In this document: positions 36,599 through 46,107 of the stretch, piece after piece | How the letters are laid out: each line of letters opens with the position of its first letter | Numbering within the stretch: position 1 is the first letter of the stretch | From: a virus | Taxonomy: Duplodnaviria; Caudoviricetes | Direction: 5' to 3' (one strand) | DNA length: 64,000 bases | Virus record (IMG/VR): IMGVR_UViG_3300014204_000153 | Coordinates: 1-64,000 of that record | Program-made: the position numbers and the translations under genes | Notes under the pieces: generated by a model | Databases searched by the model: none | What the model was told of the DNA's origin: nothing | What the model saw: only the letters and a program-made list of their open reading frames with translations

Positions 36599-37098
36599 AA
36601 CTTACAACTAAGAATAAAGGAATTATTTCTCAAAGGCTAATTGAATCGCCTGAGGTTGCTGGTAGAAAATTAGTTATAGCTATAGACTTCGATGGTACAT
36701 TAGTAGAAAAGGATTGTTGGAAGAAATATTCATCAGTAGATGATTATACTCCCGTAACAATAAAAAGTGTACCGTCAATGTATACTTCTCCAAATATGTT
36801 TATTGGAATTAAAACTGTAGACATAGCTAAAATGTATTCAGAAGTTGGACATACTATTATAATGTGGACATGCAGAATTCCTGGTGGGAGGCCTGGACTT
36901 TCTCTTGAAGAAGCGGTTGAATGGTGTGGTAGAAATGGACTAAAGTTTGATGCAGTAAATGATGATGTTGATTGGTCACATGTAGTAGATCATGATGTAC
37001 CTAAGGGAAGAAAGATAATAGCAGATAGGTATATAGATGATAAATCATGTGACGTTGAAAGTATTTCAGCTTGGAATATTAGATCATGGAGGATATGA
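36595..37098 (+). CDS. HAD-superfamily hydrolase
   Basis: IAIDFDGTLV, MWTCR, KIIADRYIDDK. Confidence 0.85.
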   Translation: MKLTTKNKGIISQRLIESPEVAGRKLVIAIDFDGTLVEKDCWKKYSSVDDYTPVTIKSVPSMYTSPNMFIGIKTVDIAKMYSEVGHTIIMWTCRIPGGRPGLSLEEAVEWCGRNGLKFDAVNDDVDWSHVVDHDVPKGRKIIADRYIDDKSCDVESISAWNIRSWRI

Positions 37099-37472
37099 TG
37101 AAAATTAGAACGGTTAAATCATACAATAGATCTCAGTTAGCAATAATGTTTCTATTATTTTGTGTTGCTATTTTTTTTGCAGGAATAAGTGGTTTATTTT
37201 CTGGAATAACAGAAGATTTATTGTTAGTTATTTCTGGAATACTAATTTTTCAAGGTTTTATTCAATTATTTTGTATTAAAAAAGTAATACATTTAAAAAC
37301 TGTAGATCATTATACTTCTACTTTATCTAATCTAGATTGCCAAGAATCATTATGTGAATATTGCTTTAATTGTTTTAATTGTAATATTAGAAATAAAACT
37401 GAAAATATGGCAATTGGATGTAAGATAAATTTTAGTGAATGTTCATCTTTTGAATTAAGAAAAAGAACTTAA
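37086..37472 (+). CDS. membrane protein with Cys-rich C-terminus
   Basis: Two TM helices; LCEYC.NC...C......C. Confidence 0.6.
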   Translation: MEDMMKIRTVKSYNRSQLAIMFLLFCVAIFFAGISGLFSGITEDLLLVISGILIFQGFIQLFCIKKVIHLKTVDHYTSTLSNLDCQESLCEYCFNCFNCNIRNKTENMAIGCKINFSECSSFELRKRT

Positions 37473-37475
37473 TCC

Positions 37476-38051
37476 TTATCCAGATCCAGAAGAATGAAGT
37501 TGAAGCAACCACCAAGCATCAACTAAATCTGCAATCGGAGATTTATATCTTTTATCCCATCCAAGGGATTGTGTAAAATCATACACAATCCCTTTTCCAT
37601 TTCTTTCAAAGAATGCATCTACCATTAGAACCTTCGAAGCATCTCCTCGTCCAGTGGCAAATTTCTTTATTTCAGTTGGAGCATATGTCTTTATCTTAGC
37701 TCCCATAGAAGCTGCTATAAATTTAACCATTCCAGAGAACTCACCTATATCAAATACTCTACCGCTTGAAGAACTTGATGATGCATAACTATAAGCATAT
37801 CCTTCAACTGCGAAATCTGAAATATTTCCATTTGATATTCTAGTTATAGCGGATCCAAGAGCTATTGCATTTGTATAATATCTTTCTGCATCAGCTCCAT
37901 TCGCTATATGCCCTACTACTAAATCTGCGGATATTCCTACTATTCCATTAGTTGTTTTTACAGCTTTCTTTAATCCAGTCTGGAAATAAAATTCACCGTT
38001 CTCTGCTGCAATTCCAGTTCCATTTATAGACAGATCACCTGCTATTATCAT
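37476..38051 (-). CDS. RuvC-like Holliday junction resolvase
   Basis: GAGGA RBS; GDLSINGTG, AVEGYAY, DIGEFSG, PTEIKKFATGRGDASK, DLVDA. Confidence 0.85.
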   Translation of the reverse strand: MIIAGDLSINGTGIAAENGEFYFQTGLKKAVKTTNGIVGISADLVVGHIANGADAERYYTNAIALGSAITRISNGNISDFAVEGYAYSYASSSSSSGRVFDIGEFSGMVKFIAASMGAKIKTYAPTEIKKFATGRGDASKVLMVDAFFERNGKGIVYDFTQSLGWDKRYKSPIADLVDAWWLLQLHSSGSG

Positions 38052-38084
38052 CTCGTTCCTCCATTCTTGATTGTATTTAATACC

Positions 38085-38092
38085 TATAAATA
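38085..38092 (+). promoter_or_regulatory. late promoter TATAAATA
   Basis: Followed by GAATTGAA as at 57043. Confidence 0.75.
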
Positions 38093-38136
38093 GAATTGAA
38101 ATAGTCAAACCAATGTCATTATAGACATCCTGGATA

Positions 38137-39558
38137 TTGATAGGGAGCCAATCTTTGCCTATAGAAGAAAATTACAAGAACGTCGAACTGGACTTTGAAC
38201 TAGCTAAAAAGACTGCTTCGAAAGAAAGAGTAAAGGGTTTTGATCCTTTCGGTACAGACTTTCTTAAAGGTGTGGTAAAAAAGTCTCCAATAGAATTTGG
38301 AGCTATTTTAGACACATCTTTTAATAGTTTCCTTGTGTCTATAATACCATACACAAATAATATAGTTAGTAATTTTAATGCTAATGCTGAATATGCTTCT
38401 ACTTTTGTTAAGAGTGTAACTTTTCCATCTATATCATTTGAAGATGAACCTTATCGCAGAGGTGGAAGAACTTATCATGCTGCCACAGATTTTAATGTAG
38501 ATAAAATTACTTTAACTTGCTATAATGACAGAGGTTATAATTCTCATTCATTTTGGCAGTCATGGTTATTCGCTATAATGGGCGGACAATCTGGTAATCA
38601 ACTTCTTGCTCAAAGGAAATTTCCGTTTGAGTATAAATCATACATAGATATATACAAAATAGATAGGTTCACAGATGGTTCAAATAATACCGGTCCAAAT
38701 AAAGGTATTTTTACTGTAAGAACTGTTGGTGCTTTTCCAACATCTGTATCTGCTTTTTCTATGGATTGGGATTCGAAGAATGCTGAAACATTTGAAGTAG
38801 TATTATCTGTAGATGAAGTTGAGTTTTATCCTGGAAAGATTGTTCCAAAAATTTCAAAGTCAAAGGTTTCTTCAAGTATTGCAAGTTACAATTCTTCATC
38901 TTCAAAACAACAGTCAGCTATGTCTTTTGTAAAGAAAGCTGATACTGGAAAAGTAACTCAATCTGAATCAGCTGCACTTAGATTTGCTAAGACACTTGGA
39001 AAAGCTACATCAGAAAAACTTATAAGAGCTGGTAAAAACTTACTTATAGAAACAGAATATAGAATAAAAGATAAAATAGATAATGAACTTCCACAATGGG
39101 CTAGAATTGGTGATATAATTAGATTTGATTCTAATGGAAAAATAATATTTAATGATGATGTTCTTATAAGCAGAATAGCTACTTCTATAGCCGGAAGATT
39201 AAGTGAATATGGTAATTCTGCAGCAGATGCAATATTTGGTGGAAATGATCCAAATTCATATGAAGCTGAAATAGATCCAACTGATATACCGAGTAATTAT
39301 ACATCAAATGATAGAGCTGTATCTTTAATAGCAGCTGCTCTTGCATCTTCACTTTATCCAGAAACATCCATTGGAGCAGAAAATGTAATAAAATCTGGTA
39401 TATCTAATCTTCAACAAAGATCTGACTCAGCACAAAGCATAATATCAATGTCTGTAATTTCTAATAATAATTCTAATGCTGCTGCTTTAGAATCTTTGGC
39501 TGAAGACATCATAGAAAGAGAAATATCTTCTATGGTGTATGGGAGGGCTTCATTTTGA
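38137..39558 (+). CDS. tail-tube-fold protein (gp19/gp54-like) with long C-terminal extension
   Basis: FVKSVTFPS...R.GGR...A......ITLT.YND......FWQSW...GAFPTSVS...DWD.....TFEV. Confidence 0.7.
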   Translation: MIGSQSLPIEENYKNVELDFELAKKTASKERVKGFDPFGTDFLKGVVKKSPIEFGAILDTSFNSFLVSIIPYTNNIVSNFNANAEYASTFVKSVTFPSISFEDEPYRRGGRTYHAATDFNVDKITLTCYNDRGYNSHSFWQSWLFAIMGGQSGNQLLAQRKFPFEYKSYIDIYKIDRFTDGSNNTGPNKGIFTVRTVGAFPTSVSAFSMDWDSKNAETFEVVLSVDEVEFYPGKIVPKISKSKVSSSIASYNSSSSKQQSAMSFVKKADTGKVTQSESAALRFAKTLGKATSEKLIRAGKNLLIETEYRIKDKIDNELPQWARIGDIIRFDSNGKIIFNDDVLISRIATSIAGRLSEYGNSAADAIFGGNDPNSYEAEIDPTDIPSNYTSNDRAVSLIAAALASSLYPETSIGAENVIKSGISNLQQRSDSAQSIISMSVISNNNSNAAALESLAEDIIEREISSMVYGRASF

Positions 39559-39989
39559 GAAAGTTTTTTGAATCTTTGGAAGAAATAAATTATATTGTAT
39601 CTGGAAAGACTAAATTAATAAAAGATATGTTTTCTATCAATGAATCTTTTGATAAAACTCAGAAATACAGAGATAGTGAAGATTACTATATTTCATATGA
39701 AGTAACAGATGGTGAATGTATAGAAGATGTAGCTGCTAGTGAATATGGAGATAAAGCTCTTGAATCTGTTTGGATAATAGCAGTAATGAATGAAATGATG
39801 GATTTTCTTTTCGATTTTCCAATGAGTGGTACAGAATTAGAAAAATCAACAGGCTATACAGAAAAATCTGGAAATATAACATCTACAATGTTTGATACGG
39901 TTGTAGAATTAAACGATAAAAAGAGGATAATAAAAGTTTTAAAGAAAGAATATCTCGTTCAATTTGAACGTGATTTCTTCGGAGACTGA
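39555..39989 (+). CDS. gp53: baseplate wedge protein gp53-like
   Basis: YEVTDGECIEDVA..EYGD....WIIAVMN, RIIKVLK.EY. Confidence 0.75.
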   Translation: MRKFFESLEEINYIVSGKTKLIKDMFSINESFDKTQKYRDSEDYYISYEVTDGECIEDVAASEYGDKALESVWIIAVMNEMMDFLFDFPMSGTELEKSTGYTEKSGNITSTMFDTVVELNDKKRIIKVLKKEYLVQFERDFFGD

Positions 39990-39999
39990 GGAGGATAAG

Positions 40000-40701
40000 A
40001 TGGGTGAATTTCTACAGTACAGACACACCAGCATTATCGATGGAAGTACTATTTCATTTGGACCTATGCGTGTAAAACATCAAATGGCTTTAGTAGAAAT
40101 GGAAGATACAATTACATCTGGAGATGTTTCCGGTGAAAGTTTTACAGAATTATTAAAAAGTATAATCTTTGGACTTATTGATAGAACTGGGTCTAACTTG
40201 TACATGATTGATTATGAAATGCTTTTGTTTAAGATAAGATCAAAAAGTTATGGAAATGAAATAAAGTTTAGAAAAATATATGGAACTGAAGAATATAATT
40301 TAATATTTGATACAGATAAAGATGTTAATATAATTGGTGAAGAAAATAAATCTTCTATAACAGTTCCTTTATGTGATGGTAGAAGTGTTGTTATAACTCC
40401 ACCAACTGTTGCTGAAGCTGATGCTGCTGAAAAAGAAGCTAATGGCAAATTTAGATTGAAAGATCTTATAACTTTAAGACTATCTGTAAAGAAAATAATT
40501 GATGATGAATCTAATGTTACAGATCTTAATAAAGAAGCTGCTAAGTCTTTATTTGAAACAATAGAAATAAAAGATTTAGAATTAATAAAAAAAGAATTTT
40601 CAAAATTTCCTATTCTTTCAGCTATGAAAGAATATTCATTCGGAGAAAATAAATTTACAGTAAATGCTGGAGATTTCTCGTCAAATTTTTTCGTTCTATA
40701 A
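40000..40701 (+). CDS. gp26: baseplate hub assembly chaperone gp26-like
   Basis: GAGGAGG RBS; I.F.PM.VK...AL, IDYEMLLFKIRSKSYG. Confidence 0.7.
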   Translation: MGEFLQYRHTSIIDGSTISFGPMRVKHQMALVEMEDTITSGDVSGESFTELLKSIIFGLIDRTGSNLYMIDYEMLLFKIRSKSYGNEIKFRKIYGTEEYNLIFDTDKDVNIIGEENKSSITVPLCDGRSVVITPPTVAEADAAEKEANGKFRLKDLITLRLSVKKIIDDESNVTDLNKEAAKSLFETIEIKDLELIKKEFSKFPILSAMKEYSFGENKFTVNAGDFSSNFFVL

Positions 40702-40880
40702 TGACGCGTGGTGTAGACCCGATCTCCATGTTCAGGTCTATCTTCTTTAATATAGATGCTATGAAGATGCCGCCGTCAGAGGTTTATAATTTAAATGTAA
40801 GAGATTGTGAGATATTACAAAATATGTGGATAGTTGAAAGAAAAAGAGAAATTGAAATTAGAAGAAAGGGAAGAAAGTGA
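40701..40880 (+). CDS. gp51-like small assembly factor (59 aa; possibly reached by -1 frameshift)
   Basis: TAATG overlap with gp26-like gene; F..I..MK....EVYNL...DCEIL pattern and position. Confidence 0.55.
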   Translation: MTRGVDPISMFRSIFFNIDAMKMPPSEVYNLNVRDCEILQNMWIVERKREIEIRRKGRK

Positions 40881-41083
40881 AGAATGATAATAAATTTACT
40901 ATATTTCTCTGTATGGCTAGAGAAAGATGGTCTGGCTGTAGAATGAAAAAGAATTTATGCTGTGCTAAATGTGAATCAAGAGAAGACTGTATGATAGATT
41001 ATTCAATTAATTTTGGTAATAAAAAACGACCATGTGATCCAGATGATATTGAAGATTGTGATTTTCTGGAGACTATAACTTGA
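40877..41083 (+). CDS. Cys-rich small protein
   Basis: AAGGGA RBS; C..R....C......CC..C.....C...........C......C. Confidence 0.55.
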   Translation: MKNDNKFTIFLCMARERWSGCRMKKNLCCAKCESREDCMIDYSINFGNKKRPCDPDDIEDCDFLETIT

Positions 41084-41418
41084 ACATTCAAAGACCATTC
41101 GGTACAGACTGGCCAAAACAGCCTACGTTAAACGAGGCTACAAGAGCAGCTAGAAAGCATAGGACAGACGCTCATCCTTCAAGAGAACCTAGAGAATGGG
41201 GAAAAGATGTCAGCAGACGATCTATTACAATTAGATCAGATCTGTCTTTTGCTACATGGTACAGAATGGTTACTTCTTCAGGTGAAAGAACTTTTACTGG
41301 GTTTGCTCCTGGTAAACTTTATCACTATGGTTATAGACCAAAATATGCTGAGTCACTTCCTTTCTTTGATGTAAAACCACTGCAATATAATGTTAGTTTA
41401 ACCTCCTTTTATAAATAA
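41080..41418 (+). pseudogene. N-terminal half of split DNA end-protector (gp2-like) gene
   Basis: PGKLYHYGYRPKYAESLPFFDVKPL matches T4 gp2 [25 protein letters not shown], then breaks off. Confidence 0.75.
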
Positions 41419-41430
41419 AAATAAAAGGAG
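41403..41430 (+). promoter_or_regulatory. late promoter TATAAATA (41410-41417) within RBS-sequestering hairpin
   Basis: CTCCTTTTAT / ATAAAAGGAG 10-bp perfect stem. Confidence 0.8.
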
Positions 41431-41437
41431 AAATAAA

Positions 41438-42028
41438 ATGGTTGTCTACAAAAGTATCAATCTAATGAATGGAAAAATTTATATTGGTCAAGATATTCAT
41501 AATAACCCAAACTATCTTGGTTCTGGTAGATATTTTAAAAGAGCATTAGAGAAATATGGAAAAGAAAATTTTAAAAAAGAAATATTATGCGAATGTTCTT
41601 CTTTAAAAGAACTTAATGAAGCTGAGATATTCTGGATAAAAGAATTAGATGCACAAAACCCAGAAATAGGATATAATATTGCTAATGGTGGACGTAGTGG
41701 ATTTACCGGATATCATTCTGAAGAAACAAAGAAAAAAATGAGTATACTAGCAAAAAATAGAATTAGAAAACCACATTCTGAAGAAACAAAGAAAAAAATT
41801 GCAAAAGGTAATACTGGTAAAATTGTTTCTGAAGAAACTAGAAAAAGAATAAGTGAAAAAAGTAAAGGTAGAAAAGGAATGTGGACAATTTCTGAAGAAC
41901 ATAAAAGAAGAATAAGTGAAGTACATACAGGAAAAAAATTATCTGATGAAACAAAAGAAAAAATAAGAATTAGTTTATTTAATTATAGAAATAAAAAACT
42001 TAATACCAACGGTAAAATAAATGAATAA
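41438..42028 (+). mobile_element. GIY-YIG homing endonuclease (Seg-like) with NUMOD3 repeats
   Basis: VVY...N..NGKIYIGQ...YLGSG..F..AL.KYG.ENF, E..WI, GYN; repeated HSEETKKK. Confidence 0.92.
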
Positions 42029-42614
42029 AAAAATAGATAGTAAATATTTTAAAGGATCTGTTAACTATGTTCAAAATGATCCATTTGGAAAAATAAAAGA
42101 AATTAAGGATAAACATAATTTTCGTCATGATCCAATACAATGGCTTAGAGATATTCAAACTAGAGATGAATATAGATTTTCTGGATTTAAACCTGGAAAA
42201 ATTTATCATTTTCAATATCAACCAAAATATAAAGATATTTTAAGTTTTTATGATAGAAAACCATTAATAATTTTTTTAAAATTTAAAGATCCAGAACATT
42301 TTTATGGATACAATTTGCATTTTTGTTCGATGAAACTTAGAGAAAAAATATTTTCTGAGTTTGAACAACATAATAAAAATAGAAATATAACTTCAGAAAC
42401 AGCATGGACATCATTACCAACTATTCAAAAATTTTATCCATTTATTTTAAGAATGTATATTATTAATAGAATTCAAGAAAAAATTTATAATATTCCACAA
42501 ACAGTATATGATATGGAAAATGTAAAACTTTTTCCAAGTGAATATTTCTTTAAAAAATCATCTAATGAAATATTTAAATTATCAATGCAACATTATCTTA
42601 ATAGTAGATTATAA
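42021..42614 (+). CDS. gp2: complete AT-rich DNA end-protector (gp2-like) carried on the insertion
   Basis: PGKIYHFQY.PKYK..LSFYDRKPLII.......FYGYNLHF...LR..I. Confidence 0.8.
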   Translation: MNKKIDSKYFKGSVNYVQNDPFGKIKEIKDKHNFRHDPIQWLRDIQTRDEYRFSGFKPGKIYHFQYQPKYKDILSFYDRKPLIIFLKFKDPEHFYGYNLHFCSMKLREKIFSEFEQHNKNRNITSETAWTSLPTIQKFYPFILRMYIINRIQEKIYNIPQTVYDMENVKLFPSEYFFKKSSNEIFKLSMQHYLNSRL

Positions 42615-42618
42615 TGTC

Positions 42619-42894
42619 ATGAGAGAAGAATTATTCGCTGAATTTGATGATAGACAAGGCGATGCAGCTACAGTAAAATTACAAACTTGGGAAAAGCTTG
42701 GAGTATTATCTAGATACTATCCATTTATGGTACGAAAATATCTGTTCAAAAATATACTTGGAAAAGTTTACGTTATACCACCTGGAATTATAAGTGCTGA
42801 AAATGTTAGAAGATTTGAAACAGAAAAGTTTTATAAATTAACTTCAGATCAAATATTCGCCCTAGCTGAGGCGCATGCAAGGAGAAAGAGTTGA
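42619..42894 (+). pseudogene. C-terminal half of split gp2-like gene
   Basis: MREELFAEF...W..L....YYPFMVRKYL...I...VYVIP aligns to the second half of the 42021 protein. Confidence 0.75.
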
Positions 42895-45800
42895 GAAAGT
42901 CTAGCAGAAAGCCTGGCGGTCCTTACAGGACGAGAAAACCAACAAGAGCAGAAAAAACTATGTCTGCCGCTTCTGGTGCTTCCGCTAGAGAATTCTCCGA
43001 AATGGACTTTGCTACACCAAATGTGAAGAAACATTCTTTAAGAGATCCTTTCAGTGGAAGATATACAACTGCTGCTACTCTATCAGAAACTATGAGAGAT
43101 GCAAGATCTTATGCTGCAGCTTCTATGGTAAAGATTAGAGAAACGATGAGCAAGCTTCAACTTTCTATATTAAAAGCAACATCTGAGACTAATCGTGCAG
43201 CTAAAGATGCTGCTGAAAAAGCTTTAAAGAAGTTTGAAAAAGCAGATGAAAATTTTACAGAAGTATCTAAAGCACTTTATTCTGGAGCAGAAAAAGCTGG
43301 ATCAAATGTAATAAAGAGTGTTCAACTTCTTAGATCTGAAATAGAATCTCTTTCAAATAATGTAGCAGAATTATCAAAAAATGGAATATCTTTAGACGAA
43401 TCAGATGTAAGTAATATGATATTAGCTGTAAAAGAAAAAACCCCTGGTTCTAAAGTTGATGTAGCAGATATATTAGTTCCAGTACAAGATAGACAAGAAT
43501 CAAACAGAGATAAATTAACTGACGTAATGGATTATGTTACTACTGTTCTTGAAAATGATATAGCTAATCATTTAAAGAAAAGAATAGAATCTGGATTTAT
43601 TAAAGATGTAGCTTTAAGAAAGACTTTAAGAGAACAAGTTCTCGGTGAAACTGAAAAACAAGATCGCCGGGGAAGAATGCATATATCGAAATTTGTTGAA
43701 GCTGGAGAAGATGCTTATCTTCCATCTGTATCACAAGCTGTATCTGAAATGAAGAAAGAAATAGCTAATGTTTTAAGTGGTGGAGATACGGCTAAAGCTG
43801 CTGAAAGGTTTACAGATTTAACTGAAGATGCTTTTAAAAGATTAGATAAGATCTTTTCAGAAGAATCAGGATATCTTGCTAAAAATCCTGGTGTAGAAAA
43901 AAGAGATATTGGTATAGCATCAATAGCATCAAGTGTAAGAGATTTAAAAGAGCAGTTTTATGTAAATCAAGATGAATCAACAACCGGAACATCTTCAAGT
44001 ATATCTGAAGAAATAGCAGAAGCAGTTCTTGGAAAAAATAGAAAACTTAGAATAACTCCAGAAGCTGAAGAAGCTTTAGCAAATGCATACAGTGGTAGAA
44101 TGAGTAAAGTTTCAGATTATATAATGTCTGCTGCTAATCTAAGTAAGAAAGAATTTGAAGCAGTTGATAATGCTAAGAAATTAACATCAGAAGCTCCAAG
44201 TGGAGATTATGCTCAAGTTTTGTCCGAAATATTCTCAGAGATGGTTCAAGCAAGAGTAGATAATCCAGATGCAGCTTCAGCTTATGAAGAAGTACATAAA
44301 TTATCTGAAAGTTTATATGCTGTTTATGATTTAATGAAAGATTCAAATGATGCTACAGATGAAGAACTTGAATTTTTTAAAGATAAACTTGGACCTTCTA
44401 TAGATAATTTACTTGATGAAACAGAAAAAGCTAAGAAATCAGAAGATAGTTCAAGAAGAAGATCAAAAGTTATTGAAACTATAGCTTCAGCTAGTGGAAT
44501 TCCTATACTTGAGGATATAGTTGAGTTCTTCTCATCTAGAAAAGATAAACAAAGTAAAGAAAGAGCTGAACAATTAGAACAAAAGAAATCTGCTGCTGAA
44601 AAGATAATGGAAGCATACCAGACTAAAGTTATTTCTAAAAAAGATAAAAATAAGTCAGATTATTTTTCTAAGTATGAAGAATCTATGCCAGAAAAAGCTG
44701 ATGCTGGTGAAATTCTTCAATCAGATGAAGAGTCTAAAAAAGAACAAAAAAGAACTAATTCAATTTTAGAAGATATACGTGAAATCTTTAAGAGAAATGA
44801 ATCTGCTCCTGATAATGAAGAAAATAAAAAGAGCGGAATAATTGATTCAACTCTTGGATATATGGCTGGAGCTAAAGGTCTTAGTATGGTTAGTAAAGTT
44901 GGAGCTGTTATTGCTATGTCTTTAATTCCAATCATTGCTGGTGCATTAGCATATTCTATTACAAAAAAGGTAATTGGAAATAAAGAAGAAAATGAAAGAG
45001 AAAAGAAAGAAAAGTTCTTAGCTTTGAAAGAACAATCTCCTGAGTTATTTGCTGAAGCTGAGAAAAGATATCAATCTGATTTAGCAACTGCTGAAGCTGA
45101 TGCAAAGAAATTCTCACCAGTCTCAAGAGAAGCAGGAGAAGCAAATAAGAAAGTAGCTGCTCTTAGAAGAGATAGAGAATCACAAATAGTTTCAAGAGCT
45201 GAGAAAATAGCTGGAGAAATGGGAATTGAAGCTCCAACTGCTTCAGATGTAATAATCAGAAGAGATTCAGATACTAGTCCAAATATGGGTCTTAAGATAG
45301 GTGATCCTAAAAGAAAGCCTGAGATAATAGTTAAAGATGGTGTAAACTTTGAAGGTCTTCATCCAAATATAAAGCAAGGATTATTTGAAGCTGCTAAAGA
45401 GATGGCTCAAAATGGTAAAGTTTTAAGAATTACATCAGGACTAAGATCTCGTGCTGAGCAAACTGAATTATTTGAAGCTTATAAAAGTGGAAAAAGTAAA
45501 TATCCAGCTGCATCTCCTGGGAGTTCTCCTCATGAGTCAGGACTTGCTTTTGATATAGATAAAGGAAATATACCAGCTTTTACTCAGACCGCTGCTTTTA
45601 AAAATTACTTCGATCAGCCTTTACCAGGTAATGATCCAATTCATTTTGTTTTTAAGGGAGCTAAATTAAATACTGAAACTGAAGCAGTTGCTCAGACTCC
45701 AGAGAAACCAGAAGTTCCTATTTCTTCAGTATATAATAAGACTGAAGTTGCTGCTCAGACTCCAGAGAACCAAAATACTTCAATTCCACCAGTATATAAA

Positions 45801-46103
45801 CCAGAAACAAGTGAAGCAAAAATAGACACCCCACCAGTTGTAACAGATGGAATATCTTTTGAAGATAGAATGAGTCAGATAGAATCTGAGAATGTAAGTT
45901 TATCAGCAATAAAAGAAAGCGAATCTGCTAAAGAAGCAGCTTCAGCTGCGGCAACAATAATTCCAGTACCAGTTCCATCAGGTCAATCTCAGTCTTCTCA
46001 TAGCAGACAATCTGGACAATCCAGCCAACAAGTATCATCTGGACTTGAGAATGATTTGACAGTTCAACATATAGTGTTGTTCACTCTAGATAGGGTAATA
46101 TAA
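42891..46103 (+). CDS. tape-measure/baseplate-hub (gp29-like) protein with M15 peptidoglycan peptidase domain
   Basis: Long helical charged region, hydrophobic GxxxG stretch, LRITSGLRS..EQ..L...ASPGSSPHESGLAFDI (VanY/M15 SxH...D). Confidence 0.75.
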   Translation: MRKSSRKPGGPYRTRKPTRAEKTMSAASGASAREFSEMDFATPNVKKHSLRDPFSGRYTTAATLSETMRDARSYAAASMVKIRETMSKLQLSILKATSETNRAAKDAAEKALKKFEKADENFTEVSKALYSGAEKAGSNVIKSVQLLRSEIESLSNNVAELSKNGISLDESDVSNMILAVKEKTPGSKVDVADILVPVQDRQESNRDKLTDVMDYVTTVLENDIANHLKKRIESGFIKDVALRKTLREQVLGETEKQDRRGRMHISKFVEAGEDAYLPSVSQAVSEMKKEIANVLSGGDTAKAAERFTDLTEDAFKRLDKIFSEESGYLAKNPGVEKRDIGIASIASSVRDLKEQFYVNQDESTTGTSSSISEEIAEAVLGKNRKLRITPEAEEALANAYSGRMSKVSDYIMSAANLSKKEFEAVDNAKKLTSEAPSGDYAQVLSEIFSEMVQARVDNPDAASAYEEVHKLSESLYAVYDLMKDSNDATDEELEFFKDKLGPSIDNLLDETEKAKKSEDSSRRRSKVIETIASASGIPILEDIVEFFSSRKDKQSKERAEQLEQKKSAAEKIMEAYQTKVISKKDKNKSDYFSKYEESMPEKADAGEILQSDEESKKEQKRTNSILEDIREIFKRNESAPDNEENKKSGIIDSTLGYMAGAKGLSMVSKVGAVIAMSLIPIIAGALAYSITKKVIGNKEENEREKKEKFLALKEQSPELFAEAEKRYQSDLATAEADAKKFSPVSREAGEANKKVAALRRDRESQIVSRAEKIAGEMGIEAPTASDVIIRRDSDTSPNMGLKIGDPKRKPEIIVKDGVNFEGLHPNIKQGLFEAAKEMAQNGKVLRITSGLRSRAEQTELFEAYKSGKSKYPAASPGSSPHESGLAFDIDKGNIPAFTQTAAFKNYFDQPLPGNDPIHFVFKGAKLNTETEAVAQTPEKPEVPISSVYNKTEVAAQTPENQNTSIPPVYKPETSEAKIDTPPVVTDGISFEDRMSQIESENVSLSAIKESESAKEAASAAATIIPVPVPSGQSQSSHSRQSGQSSQQVSSGLENDLTVQHIVLFTLDRVI

Positions 46104-46107
46104 ACAA

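Noticed and set aside
39555-39584. MRKFFESLEE start of gp53 as a capsid-targeting tag
   Set aside because: gp53 is a baseplate protein; resemblance is probably chance
41386-42617. Group I intron in gp2
   Set aside because: The insert is filled by promoter and two ORFs with no P/Q/R/S core visible, and precise removal would still leave the conserved GxNLH segment missing
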